A DNA stretch of 64,000 nt from a virus (lineage: Duplodnaviria > Caudoviricetes): positions 256,001 to 320,000 of the IMG/VR virus record IMGVR_UViG_3300015606_001334; one strand, written 5' to 3'. This document shows, one piece after another, positions 35,159-47,500 of this stretch (position 1 is the first letter of the stretch; the number at the start of each line of letters is the position of its first letter). Below the pieces are notes generated by a model. That model ran no database searches. It was not told the origin of the DNA and saw nothing but the letters and a program-made list of their open reading frames with translations. The position numbers were made by a program, and so were the translations under genes.

Positions 35159-38100
35159 ATGAGCAAATCATCAAAAGACTACGTTTACGACAATCTTGAC
35201 GTTTTTGACCACGTCCCAGAATACCTTCGCAATAAGCTAAACTCTTCTTTCTCAAGAAACCTATTCGATAAGTTCTTGACCAAAGAAGAAGCTATTCCAG
35301 TTTATGGTATCGCTGGTTCGAAATCTGTAAACGACACAGATACCCGTCCAATACTATCTCAGACAAACACTGAGCGCAAGATCAACACTTTAATCCCGTT
35401 GATTTATGCAAAGTCTGGTGTCGAAGAAAACGTATTCTCATTCTCAGACGTTATCAACAAGGCTAAGCTTCTTGGTATTAACGTAGCGGAGTTCTCTGAT
35501 TGGGGTTCATGTCAGTCTTTCAATTTTGCTCCACCAATCGACATCGATAAGTTCATCAACTTCTCGAGTTATTACTGGTATGGTCAAACTACAGGCAGTC
35601 AATTTGTTCCTGCTTGGAATACTTCACTTGACCCAGAATATTACGTTATTGCACGTCCTGATTTTGACAGTCATGATAAATTTCCAGCTGAAATATCAAA
35701 TGATGCCGTTGAAACAAATGTTACCTTGACTGGTTCCGGATATATCAACGAAAATTTCATTGTCACCTTTGTTAATAGCACACATTTTACCGTGGTTGGT
35801 GAAACATCGCACCTTGGTCAGGCCGATGTTGCAAATGGTGTTACCTATCCAGTTGATAAAATCTTCGGTGTTGATGACAATGGAAATAGAACTTGTCCAT
35901 ATTTGACATTCTTGATTAAGTCAAGCTCAGTTCCTTTTGTGGCGGGCGATAAGTTTTCCATTTATGTTGAGCACTTGACTGATCGTTATTCCTACACCTT
36001 TACTGCTGCAAATGGAGTTACCTCCGGCAAGGGCGGTATTTCTGGTATTTCAGGTGCCGACAATTACCAACAAGTTGGTGGCTTTACCGTCCGTGAAGGT
36101 CAACGCATCCTAATTCAAGGTCAAAACGACGTATCTAAAAACGGAATCTACATCGTTAAAGCAGGCGCATGGGAAGTTGCTGAAGACTATCGCCCAGAGA
36201 ATTTAGTGAATGGTGCGGCAGTTTATGTCTCAAACGGTCAAGCAAAAGGACTATGGGAAAGAAACCCTGACAATACATTCACTTTCATGGGTGCAAGAAA
36301 GAATGTTAGTGATTGGTCTGAGTTCAACTTCTGGATTCATGCAGAAGATGCTGAAGCCATTGGACTAGATGTCAACAAAATCGTTCAAGCTCGCAGACCA
36401 ATCATCGAATACGATTTCGGTCTTGAGCTCAATAACGAAAGCTACAATGGTAAACCTTCCGTTGGAAGATCGTTGTTTAATGCTGAGCAAAAGAAGATTA
36501 AGTTCAATCAACTGCCACTATTCAACCTCTATTTGGCAAACGGTGAATTTGCTGAGTTGGTTTCCCCGATTTTCTTCTATGAAGAGTCTCAAACCTCTCC
36601 AGTTGATTCAGCCTTGCTACGTCGTATTAAACAGAATCAGAACAAAGATTTCATCTTTAGCCAAGGTTGTATTAACTCTGACGGTAGCATTCTACTATTC
36701 AAGAGATCTGGTGTACTAAAAACTATTTGGGCTCCTGGCGTTACTGAAGCCCAAGCTTCCACACGAGTTCTTTCAAGCGAGAAGAGACAGCTAACTGACG
36801 TTGAAGCTAATGTTTCCATTCAAAATCTTTATGCGAAGATTCGTAACGCTAAATGGCACTTAGCCGCGATAACCGCAGACACCTTCGTCATTTCTTCTCC
36901 TCAGTATCCTGAAGTTAATGTTATGATTGGTCTAGACGCGACTACCGACATAACTGACTCAATTGGAAACACTCTATTTTCAATCACCATCCATTCTGGC
37001 TCGACTACAATTCCAGCTGAAGGCGTAACCATTGGTGACACTATTCACTTTAAGACAGTGAATAAGGAAAGAGCACGATTCGTAAATGGTGAAACTCTAG
37101 GAACTGCAATTGACGTTCCTGTAGATAGCGAAATGGAAAATGGAGTATGGACTACCCCATTCCAGTTGGAGTATAACTGCTATCACGAAAACCGTCAATC
37201 AATTATTTTCGGTGATTTGATTAGCCACTTTAAATCAGTCATTGAGAATCAGCCTGGATTCTCTGGTAGCTCATTTGGTAAAAACAATTTTAGAAATATC
37301 CCCAATAAAAATCTAGGTCTCGGCGGAAAGATTAAAGAGCATAATAGCGAATTGGCTAAATTTATTGGCTTGGTTAACCAAGAAAACATTTCACCAATCT
37401 CTATTATCGACTTTGCTGAAACCCAATACGCTCAAGCTATTAACTCAGTGAATGAGTACGTTAACAAGTACGCTAGTGAGTTTTTGTCAAAGCATGGAAC
37501 TCCTTCGTTTATCGGCGATAATGAAGTTACTTCATTGATTCCTACCCTTGTTGACGAGTACTGCGATTATTACGGTCAACGCGTAGATATCGACACTTAC
37601 TTCTCCGATTCTACTTCACCAATTCCAAATTGGCCAGTAACCATGCCAGCTCTAGGATTGGCATACGCAACTCAACCACAATATGGTTTCGACCAAGATC
37701 TAGGTATCGATGTTATCGTCCATCATGACGCTCATTTGACTCCAAAGAATCAGCGTAATGTCGAATTTGACCGTGGCTTGACTAAGATTTCTGTTGAACG
37801 TTCTGATGATACTTCAACACCTGGTATTTTCAGTTCAACAATGCCAGCGAACCCATACAAAAATCAATTTTGGTTCAACTCAACCACTGGCGTCCTAAAA
37901 CTATTCAACGTCATCTCCGATTTGAGTACTGCTCCAGCTTCTGCAAATGAAGGAGATTTTTGGTACAACCGCAATACCAACACTTTGTTTGCCTACGTTG
38001 CTGGTTCGTGGGTTGTTCAAGCAGACCGCTCAGCCGCTTGGAAAACCGTTGAGACCCACAAGATCCTTAACGCTTTCATTCTTGAAATCGAGACAAGAAT

Positions 38101-41100
38101 CTTCAACTCTCTAAACCCAAACCAAATTATCGTTTACCCACCAGCACTCAACGAGGAACGCAACGCGTCATTAGAGTTTGAGTTTGCAAAATTTGCAGCG
38201 AAGTACGGCTACGATCCATTGGCTCCAGATTACGACGTAGCGAATCCATTCTCTTGGAACTACAGCGTTACTGACTTCCCAGTAATTGGAACTGGTCATG
38301 CTCGTTGGTACGACATCTATAAAGAATACTTCTCTGCCGCAACTGGAACCCCATTCAAGACCTGCCGTCCTAACCTTGAGCCTTGGAAACTTCTTGGTTA
38401 TGAAGTTAAGCCTCTTGGATTTGATGACACATATGCTGGCGTTTCACAGGTGGACCCAGGCTTAAAGCTAATGGATGTATCTGTTGTTCTATTTGGTGAA
38501 CTAGCTGATGTTCAAGCCGCACCACAGGAAGTAGATGGTAGAACTCTATCTGTAGGAGATAGAGTCCTTGTAACCAATGGTCAAAATGCAGGCATTTACT
38601 CTGTGACTGTCGTCGGTACTGGCTCAAATGGTCAGTGGACTTTCTCAGCGGACTTCAACCCACATGCAATAACCAATGGCGAGCACGTTACTGCAAAATA
38701 TGGTTCAGCATGGGCTGGAACTACCTGGTTTGTGATCAACGCTGGAACCATGGTCGAGTTTGAACAAGTCAGAACATGGAAATTGCAACTATGGGCAGAC
38801 ATCCAAAATGCGTTCCCTACCCTAAAGCTTTGCGTGAACATCTTCAACGAAGAATTACTACCACCTTACGTTGATCCTCTTTCAGCTGCTGCCCAGTTCG
38901 CGATGACTAACTCTGTCCCATCATCTGCTGCGGATCCTTATACCTTTGGTCAGAACGGTCCAACCGAGTTGGTATGGACGAAGTCACTGGAGTACTCCTA
39001 CTCACTTATCCGTTCCAGTCTGAAGAACCAACCATTGGCATTCATTGAAGCCACCTGGGGTGACGCGAAGAGAACTGTGAACGAGTTAACTATTGACAAG
39101 CATATCTCACGCAAGACCTCCCATAAAGAAGCGATACTACACGGCGAACAACTTCCAGTAGTGAATCGTGCCCGTATAGTATACAGCTCTGCGCTGCCCG
39201 TAACTGGAGGGGAGAAATCCGTAGTCCTTACTTGCGACTTGGTTAGAGACGGATTTGATTCGTTTAAGATAGAGGTTGACGGAGTTTTTGCGGGTTATTT
39301 GAACTCGTTTGATCCAGCTTGTGGAATCGATTTTTCCGGCTTCTTGATGACCGACGAAGGTAAGGGTTTCCAGATCGGAGACAAGATTTCCTTCAACGTC
39401 GCTGCGACTGGAGAAATTTCGAACGTCGTCTTTACACAAGCAACTAAGAAAGTCTTGCAAGGTATCGGCCAGCTTTACACCCAACTCATGAAGTACAACT
39501 CCTATTCGTTGACCACTTCCAAGAACAACACCTTGTTCCGTGGTTGGGATGTTCTACTTGGCTACAGATTCGGTTCCTTCATGAACACTGACACCCTACG
39601 TTTGAGCAGTGTTTTCGACATCCCATTGGGTATGTGCAACCTTATCACCAAGATCAGCCCTTACTCAAGCAGCTCTTGGATCAACGCAATTCGTATCCAG
39701 CTTGTCAAGGTCGGAACAACCGTTCTCGACAATGGAATTTACAAGCCTGCAAATCAAGGTGAAGATTGGGTATTCCGTATCGAGAACTATTTCGATCGTC
39801 ACCCAGCAATTCACTACTACGACGTTGATACTGCTGAGAAGTTCTTCTTGTACGACACCTTTACCACCGACGTTACCAAGATCGAAGTGAAGTGCTATGA
39901 TGGCTCTCTAGAAGAAAGCCTACTATCTGAATATCGCATTTCATCAAGAATCGGAAACTTCATTCAGCTATCATACACTGAGTACAAGCGCTTCCATGAT
40001 GGCAGCATCATTTACGACGAGCTAGGTAATCCTGTTGTCAAAAAGGTTCATACTGCAAATGTTGTAATCGTTTCAAATGAATCTCTCTTTGACACTCAAT
40101 ATCCAGAACGTTACTGTGTAGCAAAAACTCCTGCTGCATATTTGACCTTCAAGGCATTGGAACTTCGTCGCTCTCCAGAAATTTGGAAGAACTACACTAC
40201 AAACTTGAGTGTGAAGACCGCGACTACCCCATTCCTAATCGCAGGTATCCAAAACGTCGTCAACTTCCTATTCGGTTATACCCGCTATCTAGAAGATTCA
40301 GGTTGGAGAATTAACCAGAATGAAGTTCCAGATATCGATGAAGAAACTGGTCGTATCGTAACTTGGCAGCTTGAAATTGAAAAGTTCATCGATGCTGTTT
40401 ACGACAACATGAATGCTGGTCAAGGCACCATCATTAACCCATTCATGGCAAACCTCTGGTTCAACGCTCCTCAAGGTCTTGTTTCAAAATTCGAAACCAT
40501 CAAGTTCCTAGACGTTTCTGCTTCGCAGTTCACGTTTGACATTCTTGGCGGCCAGATTCCTGTTGAGCAATTGAAGATTGTTCGTGAAGAAGATACCACC
40601 TCAATTAGCTCCGATACTCCAATGTTTGGTGCTCATGTTAACGTGGAATTCTATGAGCATTGTGTTCTATTCCCATACTACTTGGATAATGCTAAGAAGC
40701 AAAAGCTAATCTTTGACCCATTCTTGGGAATGAAGCTAAGCAAGATTCTTGTTGACGGTTCGCGTCAAGCAGTGCAGTCTGCTCGTCCATCGTTTGGCGG
40801 TTTCTATCTAAATAACAACCAAATGAAGAGAAACATCGTCTCTTCAATTGAAGATTTGGGTAAGATTTACGATTCTGAGGCTGCGTTCAACAACCCAACT
40901 ATTTCTAAATACGCATTGTCCCTATTTGGCTTCTCCAATAAGGATTATTTCGATAAGCTTGGAACCTCTAAGAAGAATCAATTCAACTTCTGGAGAGGCA
41001 TGATTCAAGCTAAGGGTACCAACTCTTCCGTTGACGCCTTCTTGAATAACACCGCTTATGAAGATGCAAAGATCGACGAATACTGGGCATTCAAAGTCGC

Positions 41101-42988
41101 AGAATACGGCGATGCTCGTCCTAAGTCGTTCCCAGAAATGAAGCTAAAAGTTGCAGATTGCTTGCTAGATAATGCTCGTTTCCAATTTGGAACAGGTATC
41201 GCTTCTCTACCAAGCTTCAACGGTGTTTTGGAAACTGACGAAGATCGTTGGGTTAATCTTGACGACCTAGAAGAATTGAAGGATCCAAATAAACCAGGCA
41301 TGTATTTTGACGCTGAATCTGTCGGTATTTACCAGGTAGGCTCTAACATCCTAGACATTACTCCAGAAATCGGAAACCTTGTCCAAAAGGTCAATGGAGT
41401 TGTTTCATCACACCTAGTACGATTTGTAGATGAAGCCCAAAAGGTCAAGAAGCTTAACACCACTTATAACAAAATCAGAGTCATTATGCGAGGTGGAGAG
41501 AAGAGCGCAGACCCAGCTATTAACCCAGCTGGAGCATTTGCTGATGACCCAATTATCGAGAATTTCGACGTTTACAAGGTCCTACTAAATGGTGATCAAC
41601 TTCTTGTTGAAAATCAAGCAAACGTTAATGGAACATATGGCATCCTAAACGAGACATTTAAGTGCGACGATTTTGAATTCCAGTTGACTACCGACTATAT
41701 TCAAATGACTTACCGTCCCGCTGTAACTAATCCATCTGCTCCTGGATTTGGCGTCGGTCCTAACCAAAACTCTTACGTTTTCGAGTTCAGCCTAATTACC
41801 GATTTCTACAATGAAGACACTGACACTTTCACTGTGTCTCGTTTCGTTAAATTGCCGTTCGTTGCTGACAAGATCATTTTTGATTCACAGTACGCAAAGC
41901 AAATTTCTGCAAATGTTCTTCAGTTGAAGAAGGCTCAAGCATTTACCGTAGAAGGTTTCGGTCCTCAAAAGCCAAAGTTCAGCCCAATCAAGTTGTTTGA
42001 CTATAAGAGCGACACCTTCATTGGTAATATCCCATACTGGAACCCAGCTCTTGGTCAGCATACTCCTGAAGCTTACGAAATCATTAACATGGTTTCCGTG
42101 GCAGACCCAGCGAAGTACAACCAAACTACCCAAGAACTCAACAATCCTAATTACGACGTGTTGAAGCCATGGGGAAGCAAGGAAGTCGGTAAGGTTTGGT
42201 GGAACACCAAGAACTTGGACTACATCCCTTATTACGATCCAGTCTTCTACCCAGACATGGAAAACCGTTTGTCTAAGTGGGGTGCATTGGCAGAATATTC
42301 CAACGTCGAAGTTTACGAATGGGTCGAATCTGACGTCCCTCCTGAAGAGTATAACGCAAGAGTTCTCAGTGATGCTAAGAACCAAAACGTTCCTCAAAGT
42401 GAGAAAAAGTCAGGTGAAGTCGCAAAGACCAACTTGTTGACCAGATCAAGAACTTGGAACGTTCGTCCAATTGCTTGGAAAAAGAATGAAAAGACTGGAG
42501 ACTCCGCGTTCTTCACCTCTTCTTTATTCAATAAGGTAAGAATCTCTTCTGAAACTGTCGGTGAATCAACCATGATTCTAAACTACGGCCGATTCAGCGA
42601 TTTCTCTATCACCTCTGGCATGTCAATGTCTGCTTGGGATACTATAAATGATGTTCCGGTCGGTCAAGCAACTCTAACCGGAACCTTGGACTATCGCATC
42701 GGTACTGAAGCAGAAATTATGAGCGTGCCAGGCGTAGTCCAAAGTTCAAACTCAAATGTCACAGGTATTACAGTTTCTTCTTCGAATAAATCATCCTCTG
42801 CTGGTAAAGCAGTCGGAAAAATAAAAATGTCAAGTTATGAAGAAGATGGAATTTATTACGTTAGGGCAACTGAGATAAATACAGGAAAATCGCAATCTCT
42901 TCCTGTAGCCGATGTAAACTCAGGAACCTCATTTGTTGATTACGATTTCACTGAACTTGGATTCAAATTTAGATTGAGCTTGGCGTAA
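35159..42988 (+). CDS. giant baseplate wedge/structural protein (gp7-like region)
   Basis: ~2600 aa; PIDIDKFINFSSYYW, ARRPIIEY, EYWAFKVAEYG, DPAKY, VYEWVESDVPPEEY; late promoter at 35111. Confidence 0.75.
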   Translation: MSKSSKDYVYDNLDVFDHVPEYLRNKLNSSFSRNLFDKFLTKEEAIPVYGIAGSKSVNDTDTRPILSQTNTERKINTLIPLIYAKSGVEENVFSFSDVINKAKLLGINVAEFSDWGSCQSFNFAPPIDIDKFINFSSYYWYGQTTGSQFVPAWNTSLDPEYYVIARPDFDSHDKFPAEISNDAVETNVTLTGSGYINENFIVTFVNSTHFTVVGETSHLGQADVANGVTYPVDKIFGVDDNGNRTCPYLTFLIKSSSVPFVAGDKFSIYVEHLTDRYSYTFTAANGVTSGKGGISGISGADNYQQVGGFTVREGQRILIQGQNDVSKNGIYIVKAGAWEVAEDYRPENLVNGAAVYVSNGQAKGLWERNPDNTFTFMGARKNVSDWSEFNFWIHAEDAEAIGLDVNKIVQARRPIIEYDFGLELNNESYNGKPSVGRSLFNAEQKKIKFNQLPLFNLYLANGEFAELVSPIFFYEESQTSPVDSALLRRIKQNQNKDFIFSQGCINSDGSILLFKRSGVLKTIWAPGVTEAQASTRVLSSEKRQLTDVEANVSIQNLYAKIRNAKWHLAAITADTFVISSPQYPEVNVMIGLDATTDITDSIGNTLFSITIHSGSTTIPAEGVTIGDTIHFKTVNKERARFVNGETLGTAIDVPVDSEMENGVWTTPFQLEYNCYHENRQSIIFGDLISHFKSVIENQPGFSGSSFGKNNFRNIPNKNLGLGGKIKEHNSELAKFIGLVNQENISPISIIDFAETQYAQAINSVNEYVNKYASEFLSKHGTPSFIGDNEVTSLIPTLVDEYCDYYGQRVDIDTYFSDSTSPIPNWPVTMPALGLAYATQPQYGFDQDLGIDVIVHHDAHLTPKNQRNVEFDRGLTKISVERSDDTSTPGIFSSTMPANPYKNQFWFNSTTGVLKLFNVISDLSTAPASANEGDFWYNRNTNTLFAYVAGSWVVQADRSAAWKTVETHKILNAFILEIETRIFNSLNPNQIIVYPPALNEERNASLEFEFAKFAAKYGYDPLAPDYDVANPFSWNYSVTDFPVIGTGHARWYDIYKEYFSAATGTPFKTCRPNLEPWKLLGYEVKPLGFDDTYAGVSQVDPGLKLMDVSVVLFGELADVQAAPQEVDGRTLSVGDRVLVTNGQNAGIYSVTVVGTGSNGQWTFSADFNPHAITNGEHVTAKYGSAWAGTTWFVINAGTMVEFEQVRTWKLQLWADIQNAFPTLKLCVNIFNEELLPPYVDPLSAAAQFAMTNSVPSSAADPYTFGQNGPTELVWTKSLEYSYSLIRSSLKNQPLAFIEATWGDAKRTVNELTIDKHISRKTSHKEAILHGEQLPVVNRARIVYSSALPVTGGEKSVVLTCDLVRDGFDSFKIEVDGVFAGYLNSFDPACGIDFSGFLMTDEGKGFQIGDKISFNVAATGEISNVVFTQATKKVLQGIGQLYTQLMKYNSYSLTTSKNNTLFRGWDVLLGYRFGSFMNTDTLRLSSVFDIPLGMCNLITKISPYSSSSWINAIRIQLVKVGTTVLDNGIYKPANQGEDWVFRIENYFDRHPAIHYYDVDTAEKFFLYDTFTTDVTKIEVKCYDGSLEESLLSEYRISSRIGNFIQLSYTEYKRFHDGSIIYDELGNPVVKKVHTANVVIVSNESLFDTQYPERYCVAKTPAAYLTFKALELRRSPEIWKNYTTNLSVKTATTPFLIAGIQNVVNFLFGYTRYLEDSGWRINQNEVPDIDEETGRIVTWQLEIEKFIDAVYDNMNAGQGTIINPFMANLWFNAPQGLVSKFETIKFLDVSASQFTFDILGGQIPVEQLKIVREEDTTSISSDTPMFGAHVNVEFYEHCVLFPYYLDNAKKQKLIFDPFLGMKLSKILVDGSRQAVQSARPSFGGFYLNNNQMKRNIVSSIEDLGKIYDSEAAFNNPTISKYALSLFGFSNKDYFDKLGTSKKNQFNFWRGMIQAKGTNSSVDAFLNNTAYEDAKIDEYWAFKVAEYGDARPKSFPEMKLKVADCLLDNARFQFGTGIASLPSFNGVLETDEDRWVNLDDLEELKDPNKPGMYFDAESVGIYQVGSNILDITPEIGNLVQKVNGVVSSHLVRFVDEAQKVKKLNTTYNKIRVIMRGGEKSADPAINPAGAFADDPIIENFDVYKVLLNGDQLLVENQANVNGTYGILNETFKCDDFEFQLTTDYIQMTYRPAVTNPSAPGFGVGPNQNSYVFEFSLITDFYNEDTDTFTVSRFVKLPFVADKIIFDSQYAKQISANVLQLKKAQAFTVEGFGPQKPKFSPIKLFDYKSDTFIGNIPYWNPALGQHTPEAYEIINMVSVADPAKYNQTTQELNNPNYDVLKPWGSKEVGKVWWNTKNLDYIPYYDPVFYPDMENRLSKWGALAEYSNVEVYEWVESDVPPEEYNARVLSDAKNQNVPQSEKKSGEVAKTNLLTRSRTWNVRPIAWKKNEKTGDSAFFTSSLFNKVRISSETVGESTMILNYGRFSDFSITSGMSMSAWDTINDVPVGQATLTGTLDYRIGTEAEIMSVPGVVQSSNSNVTGITVSSSNKSSSAGKAVGKIKMSSYEEDGIYYVRATEINTGKSQSLPVADVNSGTSFVDYDFTELGFKFRLSLA

Positions 42989-42989
42989 A

Positions 42990-44567
42990 ATGGCAAATAC
43001 CGTGTTAATACCTGCTAATGAGATTGCCGCAATGATTGGCAATCCTAATCATGACATTTTCATTAGAGAAACCATGTCAATGGAAGTCGAAATTGACTTC
43101 CCTGATCATACATTTGACAACAACTATGTTGACGACGGTAATGTGTCAACATACGGTTGGAGAACTTGGGAAAACCCAACTCAATCTGATCTTGACAATG
43201 ACTTGAAAACACCTGATAATCTTTGGGAACCTGTTTACGGTGAGTACGTCCCTGTTCAAAATCTTACCCTTGAGTATCTTGACAAGATTAAGAAATATCA
43301 AAGCGCAAAATGGACTCTTAACTCTGGAACTGTTGTTGAAAAATTCAATCCTGTCTGGTCAGATTACAAGCAATTGACCGATATCGTAATGGAACGAATT
43401 TACGACGGCAAAGCTAATACAACAACATTCACCATTGGAACAGAAGAGAAGGTACTGTCAAAGGATCGTATCTTCGTTTACGTTGACGGCATCCTTCAAC
43501 CATCCACTAACTTTACTGTTGCAAAGCTTGTAGTTTCGATTACTGCAACAATCAATGTTGGTGCAAAGCTTGTCGTCATTTACAAGAAATATCAGCCTAC
43601 CGCAGCAGAACTTTCATTTGACCCAGATACATCAGATGACATCTTGGTGAACACGCAGTACAAGTATGGTTATGACTACACATCGTACAAAATCCGTGAC
43701 ACCAACGATCGTCTATCAGATTCTGTCTACTATTTCTGGGTAAAGAACAAGAACACTCCACCAGCTGGTCGTGGAATGTCTGTTCTACAGGCTAAGAACT
43801 TGCTTGCCTACGGTCCTTCATTGTACATGGTCTTCCAAAACATTACTGAAGCAAACGATCAGAAAAAGCTTCCTGTTCGTTATGACGCAATTACAGTGTA
43901 CGGCTTAAACAAGTACGTGTCAAGAGACGACACTTACAAGCTACGATTTACCCGCAATTTTACTCTTCGTGACGATCCAAACGAAATCGATTTCAAGACT
44001 GGAAGACCTTCTAGAGGAAGCTCTTCGAGCTTGAAGAACGTTCATACTGAGTGGACCCTCTTGAGACCTGCCCAAAACAAGAGAATTCCTTTAAATCTAT
44101 GGAACAAGTTGGTAGAGTCCGCGCTTGGCCAAGACAGCATTGGCAACACTCTACCTTATACTTACCTTAAGGACTATGATCATCAGCACGGAACCTCAAA
44201 CAGTTTCGGTCTAGATGTTGGTCAAATTCTTGCGGAACAAGCTCAAGTCATTGCTTCAATTAAACATACCATTTTGAATACTACCTTGACAATCAATCTT
44301 GGTGGTACTAAAGTTCCTGACTACATTCAAAATCTTAAATTGTCTCAATTGGATAAATACTTTGATACACCGGAAAATATTAGAAAGACACTAGATCTTA
44401 TTTGGCGAGAAGCTAAACCAAAACAAATCAATGAGATCTTCTTCGCTGTAATTAACGATGCTCTTGCTAATAATTTCGAATTTAAGGATGTCTTTAAGAC
44501 ATCTAGGTTGTCAGTTTATTCAATTAAGACAGTGGGACAAATTTTGACAGGAACGAACGATGAGTAA
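42990..44567 (+). CDS. baseplate structural protein
   Basis: YYFWVKNK, HTEWTLLR, VFKTS motifs; begins 1 nt after the giant gene. Confidence 0.7.
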   Translation: MANTVLIPANEIAAMIGNPNHDIFIRETMSMEVEIDFPDHTFDNNYVDDGNVSTYGWRTWENPTQSDLDNDLKTPDNLWEPVYGEYVPVQNLTLEYLDKIKKYQSAKWTLNSGTVVEKFNPVWSDYKQLTDIVMERIYDGKANTTTFTIGTEEKVLSKDRIFVYVDGILQPSTNFTVAKLVVSITATINVGAKLVVIYKKYQPTAAELSFDPDTSDDILVNTQYKYGYDYTSYKIRDTNDRLSDSVYYFWVKNKNTPPAGRGMSVLQAKNLLAYGPSLYMVFQNITEANDQKKLPVRYDAITVYGLNKYVSRDDTYKLRFTRNFTLRDDPNEIDFKTGRPSRGSSSSLKNVHTEWTLLRPAQNKRIPLNLWNKLVESALGQDSIGNTLPYTYLKDYDHQHGTSNSFGLDVGQILAEQAQVIASIKHTILNTTLTINLGGTKVPDYIQNLKLSQLDKYFDTPENIRKTLDLIWREAKPKQINEIFFAVINDALANNFEFKDVFKTSRLSVYSIKTVGQILTGTNDE

Positions 44568-47500
44568 TTACCTCTATTCTTCAAACGCCGTAGATAGCTT
44601 GATCGCTTACATCAATGATGTCAAGCCGTTTCATAGTAAGCTATCTGAAATTGTAGAGGAATATCAATTCTACGAGACAGTTAACGTCAAAATTAATGAC
44701 GATAAGAGATTCACTCGTACAAAAATTGCAGGTATTTGGGATTCTGAAATTTATTCAGACGGTCTCTATGCCCCGTATTTGAATCTTCCATTTGTAAAGC
44801 AGGCAAAATCATCCAAGTATTGGAATGGTGGCCTAGGCATTAACTTCACAGAATACGACAAGCAAATTCCAGGTTTGACAACTGCTTACCCACTAGGCAG
44901 CAACACTGGTGTTAGACATGTCAAAAAGAATGGAGCAACCCAAACTGAGGGTATCGACTTTCACTTGACTCACGGTGCATACACTGTCACCCTCGATGGT
45001 CAAAAGCAGAAATATGTCGAATCAATGCTCGATGTATCACCGCTTTCTGATTCCTTGGTTAACACCCTGCAATCTGAACAAGATGCTGCATTAGAAAATA
45101 CGGTTGACCCGCTAAATATTGACCCTAATCCAATAGTTTGGGAATCTGGATTTAACCCTGCGCAAACTGTCGGCCTTCAGCTTCTAAACGAAGATAGCAG
45201 ATTGGGCTATGACGATGTTACCGATGGTATCGGTTCTGTCATAAAAATTACCCCAAATCTTGACGCTCCTAATTACGAAGAATGGACTCTTGAGTGTGTC
45301 AAGGTAAATAACACCTCAGACGGAACTCGCCTAAGCTTTGATTACTCTACTGGTGAAGCTGCCTTGTCTCAATGGCAGATTCAACACGCTCTAGGAACAA
45401 AGGACGTTTTCATTCAGTGTTATGCTGAAGTGAACGGTGTAACTGTTCCAATCAGCCCAAAAAGAATAGAGTTTACTGACGACAACACCATCAACGTATA
45501 CTTTACTAAAGGCATGAAAGGCTTCGCGAAGGTAATTCGTTATGTCCGGTCAAGCCTTACTTATGCTGAAGATTTCCCTGTAAATTCCGCTGTTTGGGAC
45601 GTTCAACACAACCTTGGTACCACCAGCTTAATCTTCTCAACCATGGTATTCCTTAATGGAACATCAAACCCGATTGAGAAGCTAAATCCTAAGCGAATCG
45701 AATTCGTAAATGACAATCGCGTAAGAGTTTATTTCACTAATCCTCAAGCTGGTAGAATCGTGATAGGAGCTGCGGGTGCATATACCTCCAATGTGTTTGA
45801 ACAACCAGTTGCGTCAAAGCAGTGGTCTTTTGCTAACACCCTAAATCTTACCAACGATGTTTTCCAGTTTATTCGTGCCGATGGCTCGATTATCTTCCCA
45901 AAAGACGTAATAATTGATGAAAGCTTTATCAACGTCACATTCTCTAGACCTACAGCTGGCAAGATGGTGTTCACCAAGTTGTTTGCCACTGGAAATGAAA
46001 ACACCATCTTCTCTGTTTCAGGATCTGAAACAGGACTAATTGGTTTCGCTAAAGTAGGATTGACCTTCTCCTCCTCGTTGATTAGCTTCATTATTACTGC
46101 GGTCGATTCTTCTGCACATTTCTATCTTGGTCAGAAATTTGTTCTTACCCCGCACAATAGAATCGTTTCACACAAGAACTATACTGCAAAAGAGAAATGG
46201 TCCTTTATCAAGGTCAATCCAATCGCGCATAAAAAGCCAAGGTTCTCAAAGACCAATGGCATGCATATTATTGACTTCAGTTTCTCTGATCCTGGAGTAA
46301 GACCACAAAATTTGACCGCAACCTTCAACGGTTCAACCTTTGATGTTGTGAGTTCTCTAGATGGTTCTATCGGTACTGCGGATATCGGGTCAACCTTCTC
46401 AACCTCTGAGTATTCATTTAAGATTGTTGCTGGATCTATTAATCCAAGTGTTGGTGATTATTTCTACGTCACCATTGAAAATGATGATCCATACGCTGTA
46501 GGATTTGACCTAACCCTTGGATATGACGTTGATATTACTGCACAATCGAAAGTTCACAGCTATAGCCAATTCCTGTCAAAAAACCTAGCTCGCCCTGACG
46601 TAACCGCAAAGTATCCAACTGGTGAAGTTGTTTCTTATGACGTGGTAGAATACGATGATCGCCTAATTGGCTTTGATCTATCTGTATTGAATTTGACTAT
46701 CACCAATAAGCGAATTCAGAATTGCTATTTTGAGCTAGAGTATAATGGCACCTACTTTACCGTTAAGAAATTTACTGATTCTGTAAATCGAATTCCATTG
46801 GCCGAATTCGCCTATATTTACCCAGGCGTTCCTTATACCTGTGTAGACTTTTCTATCAATCTTCCGTCGAATGTCGAATTCTTTGGAAATGATTCAGGTG
46901 GTGACCTATTCGTATTCTCAGTAATCAATCCTGATCCAGCTGTCGACGCATTCGATTTCAGCATCGTCTCTCTAAACTTTGGTCATATCTCTCTGTATCC
47001 AAAGTCGTTTATCGATTCTCCAGCCAAAGATTGGCTGATTAGATTTACCGACTCTACGAATTTTGAGGTGTTCGATCAGCATAATGCTGCGACTAAGTGG
47101 AATGGTAATGTGTATGAATCATTCGATAACGGATACATCCACTTCACGATCTTTACAGACTCTGTTCCTTTTGAACAAAACGACTTGTTCAGAGTTACTA
47201 TCAATGATGAGAAACCTTCATATTTGGTCCACAACGAAGTTACCGGATTCAGCAAACCACTAACTGTTGGCAAGTGGTATTGGAACGGCAAGATCGGTCT
47301 AAAGATTGACTTCCCAAAATATGTTGTTCCCCATACACAACAAATGATCTTCACTGATCACGATAATCCTTTGCACCAGTGGATTAAGGAAGTTGAAGTC
47401 CCACGAGTAGTAAAAGTCAATGAAGAGATTCCAGTCATCAAGCTTGATAGTGGTGGTAGCCCAATCGCAACCATTAAGTTTACCAAGCCACCAAGGTATG

